The notes under the pieces were generated by a model. That model saw only the letters and a list, made by a program, of their open reading frames with translations. It was not told the DNA's origin and did no database searches. Below, piece by piece: positions 18,836 to 28,969 of a DNA stretch of 64,000 nucleotides. Position numbers and translations under genes: made by a program. Origin of the DNA: Vicinamibacteria bacterium. GTDB lineage: Bacteria > Acidobacteriota > Vicinamibacteria > Marinacidobacterales > Marinacidobacteraceae. Position 1 is the first letter of the stretch; every line of letters begins with the position of its first letter. The stretch covers positions 736,001-800,000 of the forward strand of contig OZ219815.1 in the NCBI GenBank assembly GCA_964291235.2. The letters are read 5' to 3'.

Positions 18836-20152
18836 TCAGGAACCCAGAATCTGGAAGCCGGTATAGGACTCCATGCCGTGCTCGTTCATGTCGAGGCCCC
18901 GGATTTCCTCCATCCGGTCCACCCGCAGGCCGAGCACCGCCTTGATGGCGATGAACACGAGTCCCATGGAGAGGAAGACGAAGGCGCCGGACACGAAGGT
19001 GCCGAGCGCCTGAATCCCGAGCTGCTCGAAGCCGCCGCCGTAGAAGAGCCCCTCTCGCGCGAGTCCGAGCGATTCCCGCCCCCAGAGCCCGACGGTCAGG
19101 GTCCCCCAGATGCCGCAGAGGCCGTGCACCGGGAAGGCGCCGCACGGATCGTCCACCTTGATGATCCGCAGGAGGCCCTCACCGAGGACGATCACGAACC
19201 CGCCGGTCACGCCGATCCAGATCGCGGACGCCGGGCTCACGACCGCGCAGGACGCGGTGATCGAGACGAGGCCGGCGAGCGCCCCGTTCATCGTGAAGAA
19301 CAGGTCGGGCTTTCCGAAGAGGATCCAGGAGATGAACGTGGTGGTCACCGCGGCAGCGGCGGCGGCGAGGTTCGTGTTGATGGCGATGAGCGAGATGGCT
19401 TCGCCGTCGCCCACCGAGAGCGCCGAACCCGGGTTGAAGCCGAACCACCCGAACCAGAGGATGAAGACCCCGAGCGAGGCCAGCGGCACCGAGTGGCCGG
19501 GGATGGGATTCGAGCTGCCGTCGGCGTTGAAGCGGCCGAGGCGCGGCCCCAGGATCATGGCGCCGACCAGTGCGGTCGCGCCTCCCGTCAGGTGGACGAC
19601 CGTCGAGCCCGCAAAGTCGAAGAAATCGAGCTGGGCGAGCCAGCCGCCGCCCCACGTCCAGTGCCCGACGACGGGATAGATGAAGGCGGAAATGATGAAG
19701 GAGTAGGCGAGATAGGCGGGAAACTTCATCCGCTCCGCCATTCCGCCGGCCACGATGGTGGCAGCGGCGCCGCAGAACGCCGCCTGGAACAGCCAGAAGG
19801 CCCAAAGCGGCACATCGGCGGCCGACTCGGCGCCCACCAGGAAGAAACCCGTCGTCCCGAAGAACTGGTTCCCCTCCGAGAACATGATGGCGTAGCCGAA
19901 GACGAAGAACCCGAGCGACGCCATGCAGTAGTCGAGGAAGTTCTTCGTGAGGATGTTGCAGGTGTTCTTCGCCCGGATGAACCCCGCCTCGAGCATCCCG
20001 AATCCGGCCTGCATGAGGAACACGAGGAACGCCGACACCAGCACGAACAGGGTGTCGAGCCCCACGATGACGTCGCCCACGGAGTCCTGCGCAAATGCGG
20101 GTTCAGCCAGCAGGAGCGCGGCCAACCCGATCAGCGGAATTCGCTTCAGCAT
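18836..20152 (-). CDS. amtB: Ammonium transporter
   Basis: MQAGFGMLEAG, DFAGSTVVH, LWFGWFGFN, VDDP..AFPVHG. Confidence 0.97.
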   Translation of the reverse strand: MLKRIPLIGLAALLLAEPAFAQDSVGDVIVGLDTLFVLVSAFLVFLMQAGFGMLEAGFIRAKNTCNILTKNFLDYCMASLGFFVFGYAIMFSEGNQFFGTTGFFLVGAESAADVPLWAFWLFQAAFCGAAATIVAGGMAERMKFPAYLAYSFIISAFIYPVVGHWTWGGGWLAQLDFFDFAGSTVVHLTGGATALVGAMILGPRLGRFNADGSSNPIPGHSVPLASLGVFILWFGWFGFNPGSALSVGDGEAISLIAINTNLAAAAAAVTTTFISWILFGKPDLFFTMNGALAGLVSITASCAVVSPASAIWIGVTGGFVIVLGEGLLRIIKVDDPCGAFPVHGLCGIWGTLTVGLWGRESLGLAREGLFYGGGFEQLGIQALGTFVSGAFVFLSMGLVFIAIKAVLGLRVDRMEEIRGLDMNEHGMESYTGFQILGS

Positions 20153-20355
20153 CAGGACCTCCCCCTCGGAGCACCATTGCCGGGGCGCCTACCACCCGGT
20201 CGGGCATCCCCAAATATGGGCGCGGAGGTTACGAGGTTGGCGGGTTTGTGGTCAAGTCCCGACACGGAGATCGCCTTCATGTCCCATATGACACACGCCG
20301 ATCCCGGCCGGGCATTGCCGCTAACCCCTTGACAGGTGGCTGTCTGATTCGCGGA

Positions 20356-21288
20356 CTACGCCGTCAGCCCGACGACGGTCAGGAGTCCCATCAGACCGAA
20401 CGTGATGGACCAGAAATGAAGGAACACCAGCGCGGCCTGCTTGACCAGGGTCTTCAGCACCCCTTCGCCGTAGACCCGCCGAAGCGACAGAAAGAGCAGG
20501 GTGAGCACCGCCAGATAGGCAATCAGGGAAGGGATCTGGGTGCCCAGAATCAAGGTTCCGGCGACTCCGGCCACCAGCAGCACGAACGCGAGCGTGTGGA
20601 AGTGCAGGGCGAACACCAGGTGCGGGACGAAGAAGCGCTCGCGCCGCCGGTAGAGCAGCCTGAGCCACAGGGCAAAGAGGGGAACCAGCGCGACGACCGC
20701 CCACTGGAGTCGTTGGTGGAAAAGCCGCTGGGCTCGTTCGGGAGCCGCGAGCCCGGGACGGATCACGTGCTCCATGAGCCACCCTGAGTCGTCTTCAGCG
20801 GACGCTGGATCGTCGTCCTCGGTGACCGTGATCGAGACCGGCCCCGCGGGGATGGGCAAGTCAAAAGGCGCCGGGCCGGACCCGATCCTGAGCGGCGCCC
20901 AGGGATTCGTCCCGGTCGCGTCGAGGATGGCGTTCGGCGCAACGGCGACGAGCAACAGGAAGGTAACGAAGCTCACGATCAGATAGAGCCGCAGCGGGGT
21001 GACGAACCGGGCGCGCCGACCCTGCCAGTAGTCCGCGGTCAGCGAACCGGGACGGCGGAACAGGGCGATGAGCGTCCGCCAGATGCGCGAATCGAACGAA
21101 AAGACATCGTCGAGCGCCTCGCGCAGGAACTCGCTCACCGGTGTCCGGAGGTCGCTGGCGCGCTGCCCGCAAGCGGCGCAGTAGTCCTCCACCTGCCCCG
21201 ATCCACAGTTCGGACACGCGACCACCGGGAGCGGCTCCGGCGAGACGACAACGTCGTCGCCGTTGTTCTCGTTCCGATCTTTCGTCAT
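20356..21288 (-). CDS. DUF3667 membrane protein
   Basis: CPNCG...YCAACGQ zinc ribbon, DSRIWRTL...RPGSLT..Y..GRR.RF..PLRLYL, HLVFALH. Confidence 0.85.
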   Translation of the reverse strand: MTKDRNENNGDDVVVSPEPLPVVACPNCGSGQVEDYCAACGQRASDLRTPVSEFLREALDDVFSFDSRIWRTLIALFRRPGSLTADYWQGRRARFVTPLRLYLIVSFVTFLLLVAVAPNAILDATGTNPWAPLRIGSGPAPFDLPIPAGPVSITVTEDDDPASAEDDSGWLMEHVIRPGLAAPERAQRLFHQRLQWAVVALVPLFALWLRLLYRRRERFFVPHLVFALHFHTLAFVLLVAGVAGTLILGTQIPSLIAYLAVLTLLFLSLRRVYGEGVLKTLVKQAALVFLHFWSITFGLMGLLTVVGLTA

Positions 21289-21460
21289 GGCGCGGTGCTC
21301 CCGAGCGTAGGGGGGTCCATGTTGCCGATCAAGCCCGGATGGCAGGGTGGTCAGGGAACGCCGGCCGACTCGCCCAGTGGGGATCCGCGAGCTGGCGAAT
21401 CGCGCAGCCCGGGCCGCGGATCGCCCGGTTACCCTGTTCCGGACCTCAGGGAGTTGCCCG

Positions 21461-22648
21461 ATGAAGACCCGCCGGCTGTTTTGGCTTGTTCTCTTGTTCC
21501 CAATCGGCGCCTGGACCGCGGCGGCCCTTCAGGAGGATGGCGTGGACGCCATGATCCGGGCGATCGAGGGTCCGCAGCAGCCGAACCGCCAGGGCCTCGA
21601 TCCCTACACGCTCGAAGAGATCATGAGTCTGGCCGGGGTGCCCGGGGTCAGCGTCGCCGTGATCGAGGACTTCCGGATCCACTGGGCCAAGGGCTACGGG
21701 ATCGCCGACGTCGTAACCGGCGCCGACGTTGACTCCGAGACCCTGTTCCAGGCGGCGTCCATCAGCAAACCGGTGGCGGCCATGGCCGTCGTTCGGGCGA
21801 GCGAGGAGGGGCGGTTCTCGCTCGACGACGACATCAACGATGTCCTTGTCTCCTGGCGGCTGCCCGGGACCCCTCACACCGAAAACCGGCCGGTGACTCC
21901 CCGGACCCTCACCAGCCACACCTCGGGAACCGGAGACGGGTTCGGTTTTCCGGGCTACCACCCGGGCGCCCCGCTACCGACGACCGTTCAGATCCTGGAC
22001 GGGGAGCCGCCCTCCAATGTCGGTCCGGTCCTTCTCGCCCGAGAGCCCCTCACGGCGTTCCACTACTCCGGCGGCGGCGTCACGATGATGGAGCTCGCGC
22101 TGGCCGACGCGACCGGGAGACCCTTCCCTGAGTTGCTCCGCGCATGGGTGTTGGGGCCGATCGGCATGACCCGCAGCACCTTCGAGCAGCCCCTGAGCGC
22201 GGAACTGGACGCGAACGCCGCCCGGGCCCACGACGGCGCGGGCCAGGCGAAGGACGCGAAGTGGCACGTTTATCCCGAGTTGGCCGCCGCCGGCCTGTGG
22301 ACCACACCCACCGACCTGGCGAAGTTCGCCATCGACGTTCAGCGGGCGCTCCTGGGACGGGACGGAACCGTGCTGTCCTCCCTGGCCGCCCAGCAGATGG
22401 TGAACCCGGTGGGTGTCGGAGACTTTGGAGTCGGGTTTCGCGTTTCGAAACGCGGGCAGGGCTGGTACTTCGGGCATGGCGGCTCGAACTGGGGTTTCCG
22501 GGCGACGCTGCTCGCCCATAAGGTGAAGGGATACGGCGTGGCGATCATGACGAACGGCGATCGCGGGGGTGTCGTTCTCGACGAGCTGACGGCGCGGGTC
22601 GAACGAGCCTACGGATGGGACTCGCTCGACAAGCCGGTACTTCGTTAG
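21461..22648 (+). CDS. Serine hydrolase, beta-lactamase family
   Basis: Signal peptide, FQAASISK (SxxK), YSGGG, HGGSN. Confidence 0.9.
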   Translation: MKTRRLFWLVLLFPIGAWTAAALQEDGVDAMIRAIEGPQQPNRQGLDPYTLEEIMSLAGVPGVSVAVIEDFRIHWAKGYGIADVVTGADVDSETLFQAASISKPVAAMAVVRASEEGRFSLDDDINDVLVSWRLPGTPHTENRPVTPRTLTSHTSGTGDGFGFPGYHPGAPLPTTVQILDGEPPSNVGPVLLAREPLTAFHYSGGGVTMMELALADATGRPFPELLRAWVLGPIGMTRSTFEQPLSAELDANAARAHDGAGQAKDAKWHVYPELAAAGLWTTPTDLAKFAIDVQRALLGRDGTVLSSLAAQQMVNPVGVGDFGVGFRVSKRGQGWYFGHGGSNWGFRATLLAHKVKGYGVAIMTNGDRGGVVLDELTARVERAYGWDSLDKPVLR

Positions 22649-22688
22649 CGCACACCGTAGCGAGAGCCCGGAGCTCCCACCAGGAGAG

Positions 22689-23048
22689 TTGGCCTCTTCG
22701 CAAGGCACCCTTTTCCATGCCCTGCTGGACGCCGGCGTTGAGGCAGAGGTCCCCTATACTGCGGAAAAGCGGCTACACGCCATGATTTCGGAAGCCACCG
22801 CCCCGCAGCTTCAACCGTTGCTGGCGGAGGTGTGTCGGCGCTTCGACGAACGGTTCGACAAACAGGAAAAACGATTCGAAAAACGGCTCGACGAGCAGGA
22901 CCGCCGGCTGGACGAACACGACCGGAAGCTGGACGTCATCGTCGCTCGCCTCGACGGGCTGAAGTTGCTGGGACAGATCATGGTCGGGGCCTACGCCCTC
23001 CTGATCACGGTGCTCATCGCAGTCTTCGGCTTCCTGTTCACAAACTGA
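22689..23048 (+). CDS. Small coiled-coil protein with C-terminal TM anchor
   Basis: RRFDERFDKQEKRFEKRLDEQDRRLDEHDRKLD heptads followed by a hydrophobic tail; AGGAG RBS. Confidence 0.65.
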   Translation: MASSQGTLFHALLDAGVEAEVPYTAEKRLHAMISEATAPQLQPLLAEVCRRFDERFDKQEKRFEKRLDEQDRRLDEHDRKLDVIVARLDGLKLLGQIMVGAYALLITVLIAVFGFLFTN

Positions 23049-23126
23049 ACCCGCCAGCGCACCGCCAAACCGCCGCGGATGAGGCTGCGCGTCCCGACTG
23101 AGTGCGCGTGGAATACTGAACGGTCG

Positions 23127-25199
23127 ATGCGCTCTCGCCTGGCGATCGCCGTCGCGCTAGTCGCGTGGAGTTCCGGCCTCTCGGCCCAGGAGATCCCGGC
23201 GAGCAGGACCTCGGGATCCATTGAAATCGACGGCGTGCTGAACGAGGCCGCCTGGAGTGAGGCCGCCGCCGTCGAGGCCTTCACCCAACTCCAGCCGGTC
23301 GCCGGCGCGGCGGCCTCGCAGAACACCGTCATCCGCATTCTCTACGACGAGCGGATGGTCTATTTCGGGATCGAGGGCCGCGACACGGATCCGGGCGCCA
23401 TCTCCCGGACGGTCACCCAGCGGGACGGGGAAGTGTGGGAGGACGACGCGGTGGCGCTCGTCCTCGACACGTTCGACGATGACAACAACGCCTACGTGTT
23501 CATGGTCAACTCGCTGGGGACCCAGCAGGACGAACGCTGGGCGGACAACGGGCGCACGCGGGACATCACCTGGGACGCCAACTGGCTGTCGGCGGGAGCG
23601 ACCAGCGACCGCGGCTGGACCGCCGAGGTCGCGATCCCCTTCGAGACGGTCCGCTTCGCGCGCGAAGCCACGGCGTGGGGATTCAACGCGATCCGCTACC
23701 TGCCGAGGAACCTGGAGCAGAGCCACTGGATCCCGGGCCTCTCGGAGTGGTTCCGGATCGACGAGATCGGCGCCATCACCGGCCTCGACCTGACCGAGGC
23801 CGTCACCAAGAGCTACGCCCTCATCCCCTACGCGCAGGGCGCCCTGCAGGAGGCGGCGGACGACACCACAGAGGTCGGCCTCGACCTGCGTTACGCGCCG
23901 TCGAGCAACATCGGGATCGACGTCTCCTTCAACCCGGACTTCGCGACTGTCGAGGCCGACGTCGAGCAGGTGAACCTCACCCGCTACGAGCTGTCGTACC
24001 CGGAGAAGCGCCCCTTCTTCCTGGAGGGCACCGAGAGCTACCGGACCCGCATCGTGCAGTTCTATTCCCGGCGGATCGGAGACATGCAGTGGGGCGCGAA
24101 GGTGAACGGCAAGGTCGGCAAGTGGAGGGTCAACGGGCTGGCCAGTCAGACCGATACGGAATCCGTCACCGCTTCCGGAGACGGCGCGCTCTACTCCGCG
24201 TTTCGGCTGAGCCGGGAGATCAAGGGCGCTTCCAACGTCGGGGTGATCGGCGCGAACCGCTCCTTCGACGGGACGAACGAGGGGTCGGTGGGACTCGTGG
24301 GAACCCTGTTCTTCTCGGACTACCTCGGCATGACCTCACAGGCCGTCCGTTCCTACGGCGCCCACGACGAGGGGGCGTGGACCTACTTCTTCCGGCCCTC
24401 CTACGACTCGCAGACCGGCCATTTCCACGTCCGCTACACCCACCTCGGTGAAAACGTCCGGGAGAACATGAACCGGGTCGGCTTCATCCGGGACGACGAC
24501 CGGCGCGAGGTGGATTCCAACATCCGGAAGCAGTTCTGGATCAACCGCCACGGGCTCCAGGACCTGACCGGCTCGATCAACTACAACCAGTTCTGGAGCC
24601 AGTCCGGCCGGCTCAGAAGCTGGCAGGTCCGCAACCGGCTCGGTCTCAACTTCCTGAGACGGTGGAGTCTGGACCTGACGAACGACGAAGAGTTCAAGGC
24701 CGAAGAAGCGGGTCTCTTCGAGAAGGACTTCCGGAACTCGCTCAACCAGGCCAAGCTCACCTTCGACACCCGAACGGGCACGTCGGTTGCGGCCTACTAC
24801 GGCCAGGGCCTGAACTTCGACAGCGACCTCGACCAGTTCGGGGGCGTCGTGGACTGGACGATCACCGACGCCCTCACCGCGACCTACGACCTCAAGCGCG
24901 TCTGGTTCGACCCCGACCCCCACGACCGCAGCAGTTGGGTCCACTTCATCCGGGCGACCTACTACGTGAACAAGGACATGTTCTTCAAGGCCTTCTACCA
25001 GACCCGATACGACGTCACCGGCAGCCTCTCAAGCCCGATGTTCGAGCTGGAACGCGAGACCATCCAGCTCCTCTACGTCTGGAGGTTCTTCCCCCCATTC
25101 GGCTCACTCCAGCTCGCCTACCAGGAAGGCCCCGCCCAGTTCGACGACGAACTCATCAACTACCGCACCCTCTTCACCAAACTCTCCTGGGTCTTCTGA
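23127..25199 (+). CDS. CBM9-like / DUF5916 outer-membrane protein
   Basis: IDGVLNEAAW, WTAEVAIPF, NPDFATVEAD, PEKRPFFLE; C-terminal aromatic ending (KLSWVF). Confidence 0.85.
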   Translation: MRSRLAIAVALVAWSSGLSAQEIPASRTSGSIEIDGVLNEAAWSEAAAVEAFTQLQPVAGAAASQNTVIRILYDERMVYFGIEGRDTDPGAISRTVTQRDGEVWEDDAVALVLDTFDDDNNAYVFMVNSLGTQQDERWADNGRTRDITWDANWLSAGATSDRGWTAEVAIPFETVRFAREATAWGFNAIRYLPRNLEQSHWIPGLSEWFRIDEIGAITGLDLTEAVTKSYALIPYAQGALQEAADDTTEVGLDLRYAPSSNIGIDVSFNPDFATVEADVEQVNLTRYELSYPEKRPFFLEGTESYRTRIVQFYSRRIGDMQWGAKVNGKVGKWRVNGLASQTDTESVTASGDGALYSAFRLSREIKGASNVGVIGANRSFDGTNEGSVGLVGTLFFSDYLGMTSQAVRSYGAHDEGAWTYFFRPSYDSQTGHFHVRYTHLGENVRENMNRVGFIRDDDRREVDSNIRKQFWINRHGLQDLTGSINYNQFWSQSGRLRSWQVRNRLGLNFLRRWSLDLTNDEEFKAEEAGLFEKDFRNSLNQAKLTFDTRTGTSVAAYYGQGLNFDSDLDQFGGVVDWTITDALTATYDLKRVWFDPDPHDRSSWVHFIRATYYVNKDMFFKAFYQTRYDVTGSLSSPMFELERETIQLLYVWRFFPPFGSLQLAYQEGPAQFDDELINYRTLFTKLSWVF

Positions 25200-25231
25200 G
25201 GGTAGGGAAAGGGGCCCCCACCGGGAGGACT

Positions 25232-25670
25232 GGCCGCCGGTCTCCAGACCGGCACAGCCCCGCCGCAGGCGGGGCGGCGGGACGGACCCCCCAGCGTCCG
25301 AATGGTGCCCCTCTCGGCGGGGACCCCACCAGCCTCGATGTCGCAAAGGCACGGGAACGCCGGCCTCCAGGCCGGCACAGCCCCGCCGCAGGCGGGGCGG
25401 CGGGACGGCCCCCCAACGTCCGGACGGTCCCCCTCTCGGCTGGGACCCCACCTGCCTCGATGTCGCGCAGGCACGGGAACGCCGGCCTCCAGGCCGGCAC
25501 AGCCCCGCCGCAGGCGGGGCGGCGGGACGGACCCCCCTGCGTCCGGACGGTCCCCCTCTCGGCGGGGACCCCACCTGCCTCGATGTCGCGCAGGCACGGG
25601 AACGCCGGCCTCCAGGCCGGCACAGCCCGCCGCAGGCGGGCGGCGGGACGGACCCCCCTGCGTCGAGACG
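25232..25670. repeat. Tandem array, about 122-123 bp x 3.5, of the type-B REP module
   Basis: CACAGCCC anchors at about 25253, 25376, 25498 and 25621; units carry GGAACGCCGGCCTCCAGGCCGGCAC. Confidence 0.9.
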
Positions 25671-25736
25671 GTTCCACTCGGACCGACCCACGTTGCGAAG
25701 CGACCTTATTGTCGATTACCGTAACAATGAATCGGA

Positions 25737-26066
25737 ATGACTCCAGCGAACGACCGACTGCACGGCCACCTCGATCTGCTGATCCTCTCGTCGCTCGCCG
25801 GGGGCACGATGCACGGCTGGGCCATCGCGCAGCGCCTGCGGATCGTGTCGGAGCGGGTGTTCGAGGTCGGTCAGGGCTCCGTCTATCCCGCGCTTCGCCG
25901 GTTGGAAGCCGCGGGCTGGATCCGTGCGAAGGTGGCCGTCTCCGAAGCTGGCCGTCAAGCCCGTTTCTATTCGCTCACCCCTGCCGGGCGGCGGCAGCTC
26001 GCCACCGAACGGGAGGAGTGGGCCGACTTCGCGGCAGCAGTTCAGCGGGTGCTGGACACCGTGTAG
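25737..26066 (+). CDS. PadR-family regulator (acidobacterial type)
   Basis: GHLDLLIL, MHGWAIAQR, GSVYPALRRLE, RFYSLTPAGRRQL. Confidence 0.92.
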   Translation: MTPANDRLHGHLDLLILSSLAGGTMHGWAIAQRLRIVSERVFEVGQGSVYPALRRLEAAGWIRAKVAVSEAGRQARFYSLTPAGRRQLATEREEWADFAAAVQRVLDTV

Positions 26067-26070
26067 GAGT

Positions 26071-28734
26071 GTGCTCGCGCCGTCGCTCTTTCGTCGGCTT
26101 CGGCTATTGGTGCGCGGCCATCGGGTAGAACACGAACTCGACGCGGAAATGCAGCTCCACCTGGAGCTGCTCGAGGCCCAGTTTCGGCAAGAGGGGCTCG
26201 ATCCCAGGGAAGCCCGGCGCCGAGCCCGCCTCGAGTTCGGTTCGCAGGAGTCCTTGCGCGCCGAGGCCCGCGACGCTCACGGGTTGGTCCGGACCCGCGA
26301 GTTTCTCGATGATCTCGCCCACGCGGTGACGGCTCTGCGAAGGACCCCCAGGTTCACTTTCGTCGTCGTATCGGTGCTCGCGCTGGGGATCGGAGCCACG
26401 GTCGCGATCTTCAGCGTGTTGAGCGCCGTGTTGTTGCGGCCCGTGCCCTTTCCGGACGGCCAGCGGGTCGTAAGCCTGGCGTGGAACTACGGTGACTACG
26501 TTTCCCCTGATCTGACGTCGGCCAAGTTTTCGTACTGGCGAGAGCACAGCCAGTCGTTCGAAGTGATGGCGAGTTGGCGGCCGTTTTTCGGACGCGTGGG
26601 CGAAGTCGGCGAGATCACCGGCGCTCAAGGGCTCAGAGTCACGGAGGGGTTCTTCCGCGTCCTACGCATGCCACCCACCGCGGGCCGGGTATTCGCGGAA
26701 GACGAGTACCAATCCGGGGGCGCCAAGGTCGCGGTGGTGTCTCGCGCGTTTTGGCGCCGGCACTTCGGCGAGCGCCTGGACGTGTCCGGTCGCGTTTCCA
26801 TCAGGGTGGAGGAAGAGCCCTACGCGATCGTCGGACTGCTTCCGGAGGACTTCGCCTTCCCCTACGAGTCGAGACCGGTGGAGATCATCGTCCCTACCGA
26901 GGTCGCAGTGGACCCTGACGACGAGGCGGCAAACTGGCCGGCCCTCGCAAGAGTCGCTGATGACATCACGATCCGTGAGGCTCGGACCGAGGTGGGGTGG
27001 CTGAATACCGGCTTCAGAGCGACCTACCCGCAGCAGGCCGCCGAGGAGGAACCCGGAATGCTGCTCGGCTCCTTCGCCGAGCTGTACGTCGGCGAAGCGG
27101 TGAACGCGATCTGGATCCTGATGGGTGCGGTCGCCGCGGTCCTCCTCATCGCCTGCGCGAACGTGGGCAGCCTGTTCCTGGTCAGGGCAGTGCGGCGCCG
27201 GGGAGCGATGGCCATCCGCGAGGCTCTCGGAGCGACAGAGAGCCGGATCCTTCGACTGGGGGTGTTGGAGGCCGTCCTGGCCGCTTCCGCGGCGGGCGTG
27301 GTCGGGGTCGTACTCGCGATCTGGGGCGCCAACGTGCTCGTCGTCCTGGCGCCGGTCCAACTGCCGCTTCTGGGTGCGATCGAGGTTGACTGGAGAGTCC
27401 TGGCATTTGTGATCGGCAGCTCGCTGACCGCGTCCGCCGTGGTGAGCCTGGTGGCGGCGTGGCCTGGAATGCGCCGGGGCATGTGGCGCACGCTTGGACA
27501 TGGTTCCCGGACCACGGCTGGGCAGGGCCGGTTGCAGGAGGTGCTGCTGTCGGTGCAGACGGCGCTGTCGATGATCCTGCTCGTGGGGGCGGTCTTGCTC
27601 TTCACCACCTGGTCGAACCTCAGGCAGGTTGACCCGGGGTTCGATCCCGGCGCCCTCGTAGCCGTGCAGTTGCCGATCAGGCCACCCTCGTATGACACCT
27701 CCGAGCGGCTCGATCAGTTCACCCGGGGTGTGATCGAAGGCGTCCGCGGCGCCGGTGGCGGTGCTGTCGTCGCCGCAGCGAGCAGTCTCCCCTTCGAGCG
27801 GGGCCTGAACTTCCCGATCTCGATCGCTGGACGCGCCGAATTCGGTGGTTCGGTCGAGCTGCGGACCGTCACCGAGGACTACTTCCGGACGCTCGCGGTC
27901 CCGGTGATCCGTGGGCGGTCGTTCACTGCGATGGACGCCAAGGGCGCAACCCCGGTCGCCATCGTCAACGAGACGTTCGCACGCAGGTACTTTCCAGAGG
28001 GGGAGGCGATCGGACAGCGCATCGACCTCGGGCGTCGGGGCGACATCTACCGGTACCCCTCCCTCAAAGGCCTTGGGATTGTGATCGTCGGCGTCGCCGC
28101 CGATGTCCAGGACGTCTCGTTCCGGGCCGCGGTCCGTCGCACGATGTACCTGCCGCAAGCCCAGGCGCCGGACATCTTGGCCAACATCCGTCCCGCGATG
28201 CCGGTGTTTGTGGTTCGGAGCAGCTTGCCCCTGCAGCGGCTCGAAAGTGAGTTCAGGCAGGCAATCCGCGCCGTGGATCCCGCGCTTCCCGGCCCTCAGG
28301 TCTTTCCGCTGAGCCAGACGCTCGCAGATTCGCTGGCCCGGGAACGCTTCGGCACCATACTCGTCTCGCTTTTCGGCGCTCTCGCGCTCCTCCTGACCGC
28401 GGTAGGCGTTTACAGCGTCCTCGCCCAGGCCGTGCGGTTGCGTCGCCGCGAAATCGGCATCCGCATGGCCGTAGGAGCAAGCGGCGACGCAGTATTGCGC
28501 CTGGTCCTCGTGCGAGGCCTGCTCCCCATCGCGATCGGAATCGGCGTCGGCCTCGTAGGCGCCGTGATCCTGTCGCGCCTCCTAGAGGCCTACCTGTGGG
28601 GCGTAACCGGCACTGACGCCGTCACGCTCGGTGTGGCCGCCGCCGGAATCCTCGCCGTCGCAACCCTCGCCTGCTGGATCCCCGCCCGAGAAGCGGCGGC
28701 GGTTGACCCCGTCACCGCACTGTCTTCGCAGTAG
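26071..28734 (+). CDS. ADOP-family duplicated ABC permease
   Basis: ELDAEMQLHLE...ARLEFG, LALGIGAT, VLLIACANV, RRREIGIRMAVGA, PAREAAAVDP; follows PadR. Confidence 0.92.
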   Translation: MLAPSLFRRLRLLVRGHRVEHELDAEMQLHLELLEAQFRQEGLDPREARRRARLEFGSQESLRAEARDAHGLVRTREFLDDLAHAVTALRRTPRFTFVVVSVLALGIGATVAIFSVLSAVLLRPVPFPDGQRVVSLAWNYGDYVSPDLTSAKFSYWREHSQSFEVMASWRPFFGRVGEVGEITGAQGLRVTEGFFRVLRMPPTAGRVFAEDEYQSGGAKVAVVSRAFWRRHFGERLDVSGRVSIRVEEEPYAIVGLLPEDFAFPYESRPVEIIVPTEVAVDPDDEAANWPALARVADDITIREARTEVGWLNTGFRATYPQQAAEEEPGMLLGSFAELYVGEAVNAIWILMGAVAAVLLIACANVGSLFLVRAVRRRGAMAIREALGATESRILRLGVLEAVLAASAAGVVGVVLAIWGANVLVVLAPVQLPLLGAIEVDWRVLAFVIGSSLTASAVVSLVAAWPGMRRGMWRTLGHGSRTTAGQGRLQEVLLSVQTALSMILLVGAVLLFTTWSNLRQVDPGFDPGALVAVQLPIRPPSYDTSERLDQFTRGVIEGVRGAGGGAVVAAASSLPFERGLNFPISIAGRAEFGGSVELRTVTEDYFRTLAVPVIRGRSFTAMDAKGATPVAIVNETFARRYFPEGEAIGQRIDLGRRGDIYRYPSLKGLGIVIVGVAADVQDVSFRAAVRRTMYLPQAQAPDILANIRPAMPVFVVRSSLPLQRLESEFRQAIRAVDPALPGPQVFPLSQTLADSLARERFGTILVSLFGALALLLTAVGVYSVLAQAVRLRRREIGIRMAVGASGDAVLRLVLVRGLLPIAIGIGVGLVGAVILSRLLEAYLWGVTGTDAVTLGVAAAGILAVATLACWIPAREAAAVDPVTALSSQ

Positions 28735-28805
28735 GCCCCAGCGACTCGGCACCGTGCGTCCGGCACCGTAGTCCCACTTGGACAGATGGCGGGGACCGCT
28801 TGGAC

Positions 28806-28952
28806 CGCCGACCTCCAGGTCGGCATCGCGCGGGAGCGCGAAACCAGCGCTAACAGCGCTGCACCCTGCCAAAGAACCACCAAGACGGCACGGCGCGCTT
28901 CCAAGGAACCGCTGGCCATTTCCCCCGGTGCGGGCCTTCAGACCGGCATCGC
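28806..28952. repeat. Two degenerate REP-like hairpins at the island edge
   Basis: GCCGACCTCCAGGTCGGCATCGC and GCGGGCCTTCAGACCGGCATCGC. Confidence 0.6.
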
Positions 28953-28969
28953 ACCAGAGCGCGCAACCC

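Noticed and set aside
25232-25670. CRISPR array (also considered at 54885-55190 and 43516-43971)
   Set aside because: The sequences between palindromes are near-identical rather than unique spacers, the units are too long, and there are no cas genes.
25708-25728. ATTGT-N11-ACAAT as a PadR operator
   Set aside because: Plausibly placed, but 5-bp arms and a single instance are too little to support a call.
28735-28969. att duplicate of the tmRNA 3' end
   Set aside because: No GGTGGAGGCGGCGGGAATCGAACC-like copy was found by eye at this island edge.
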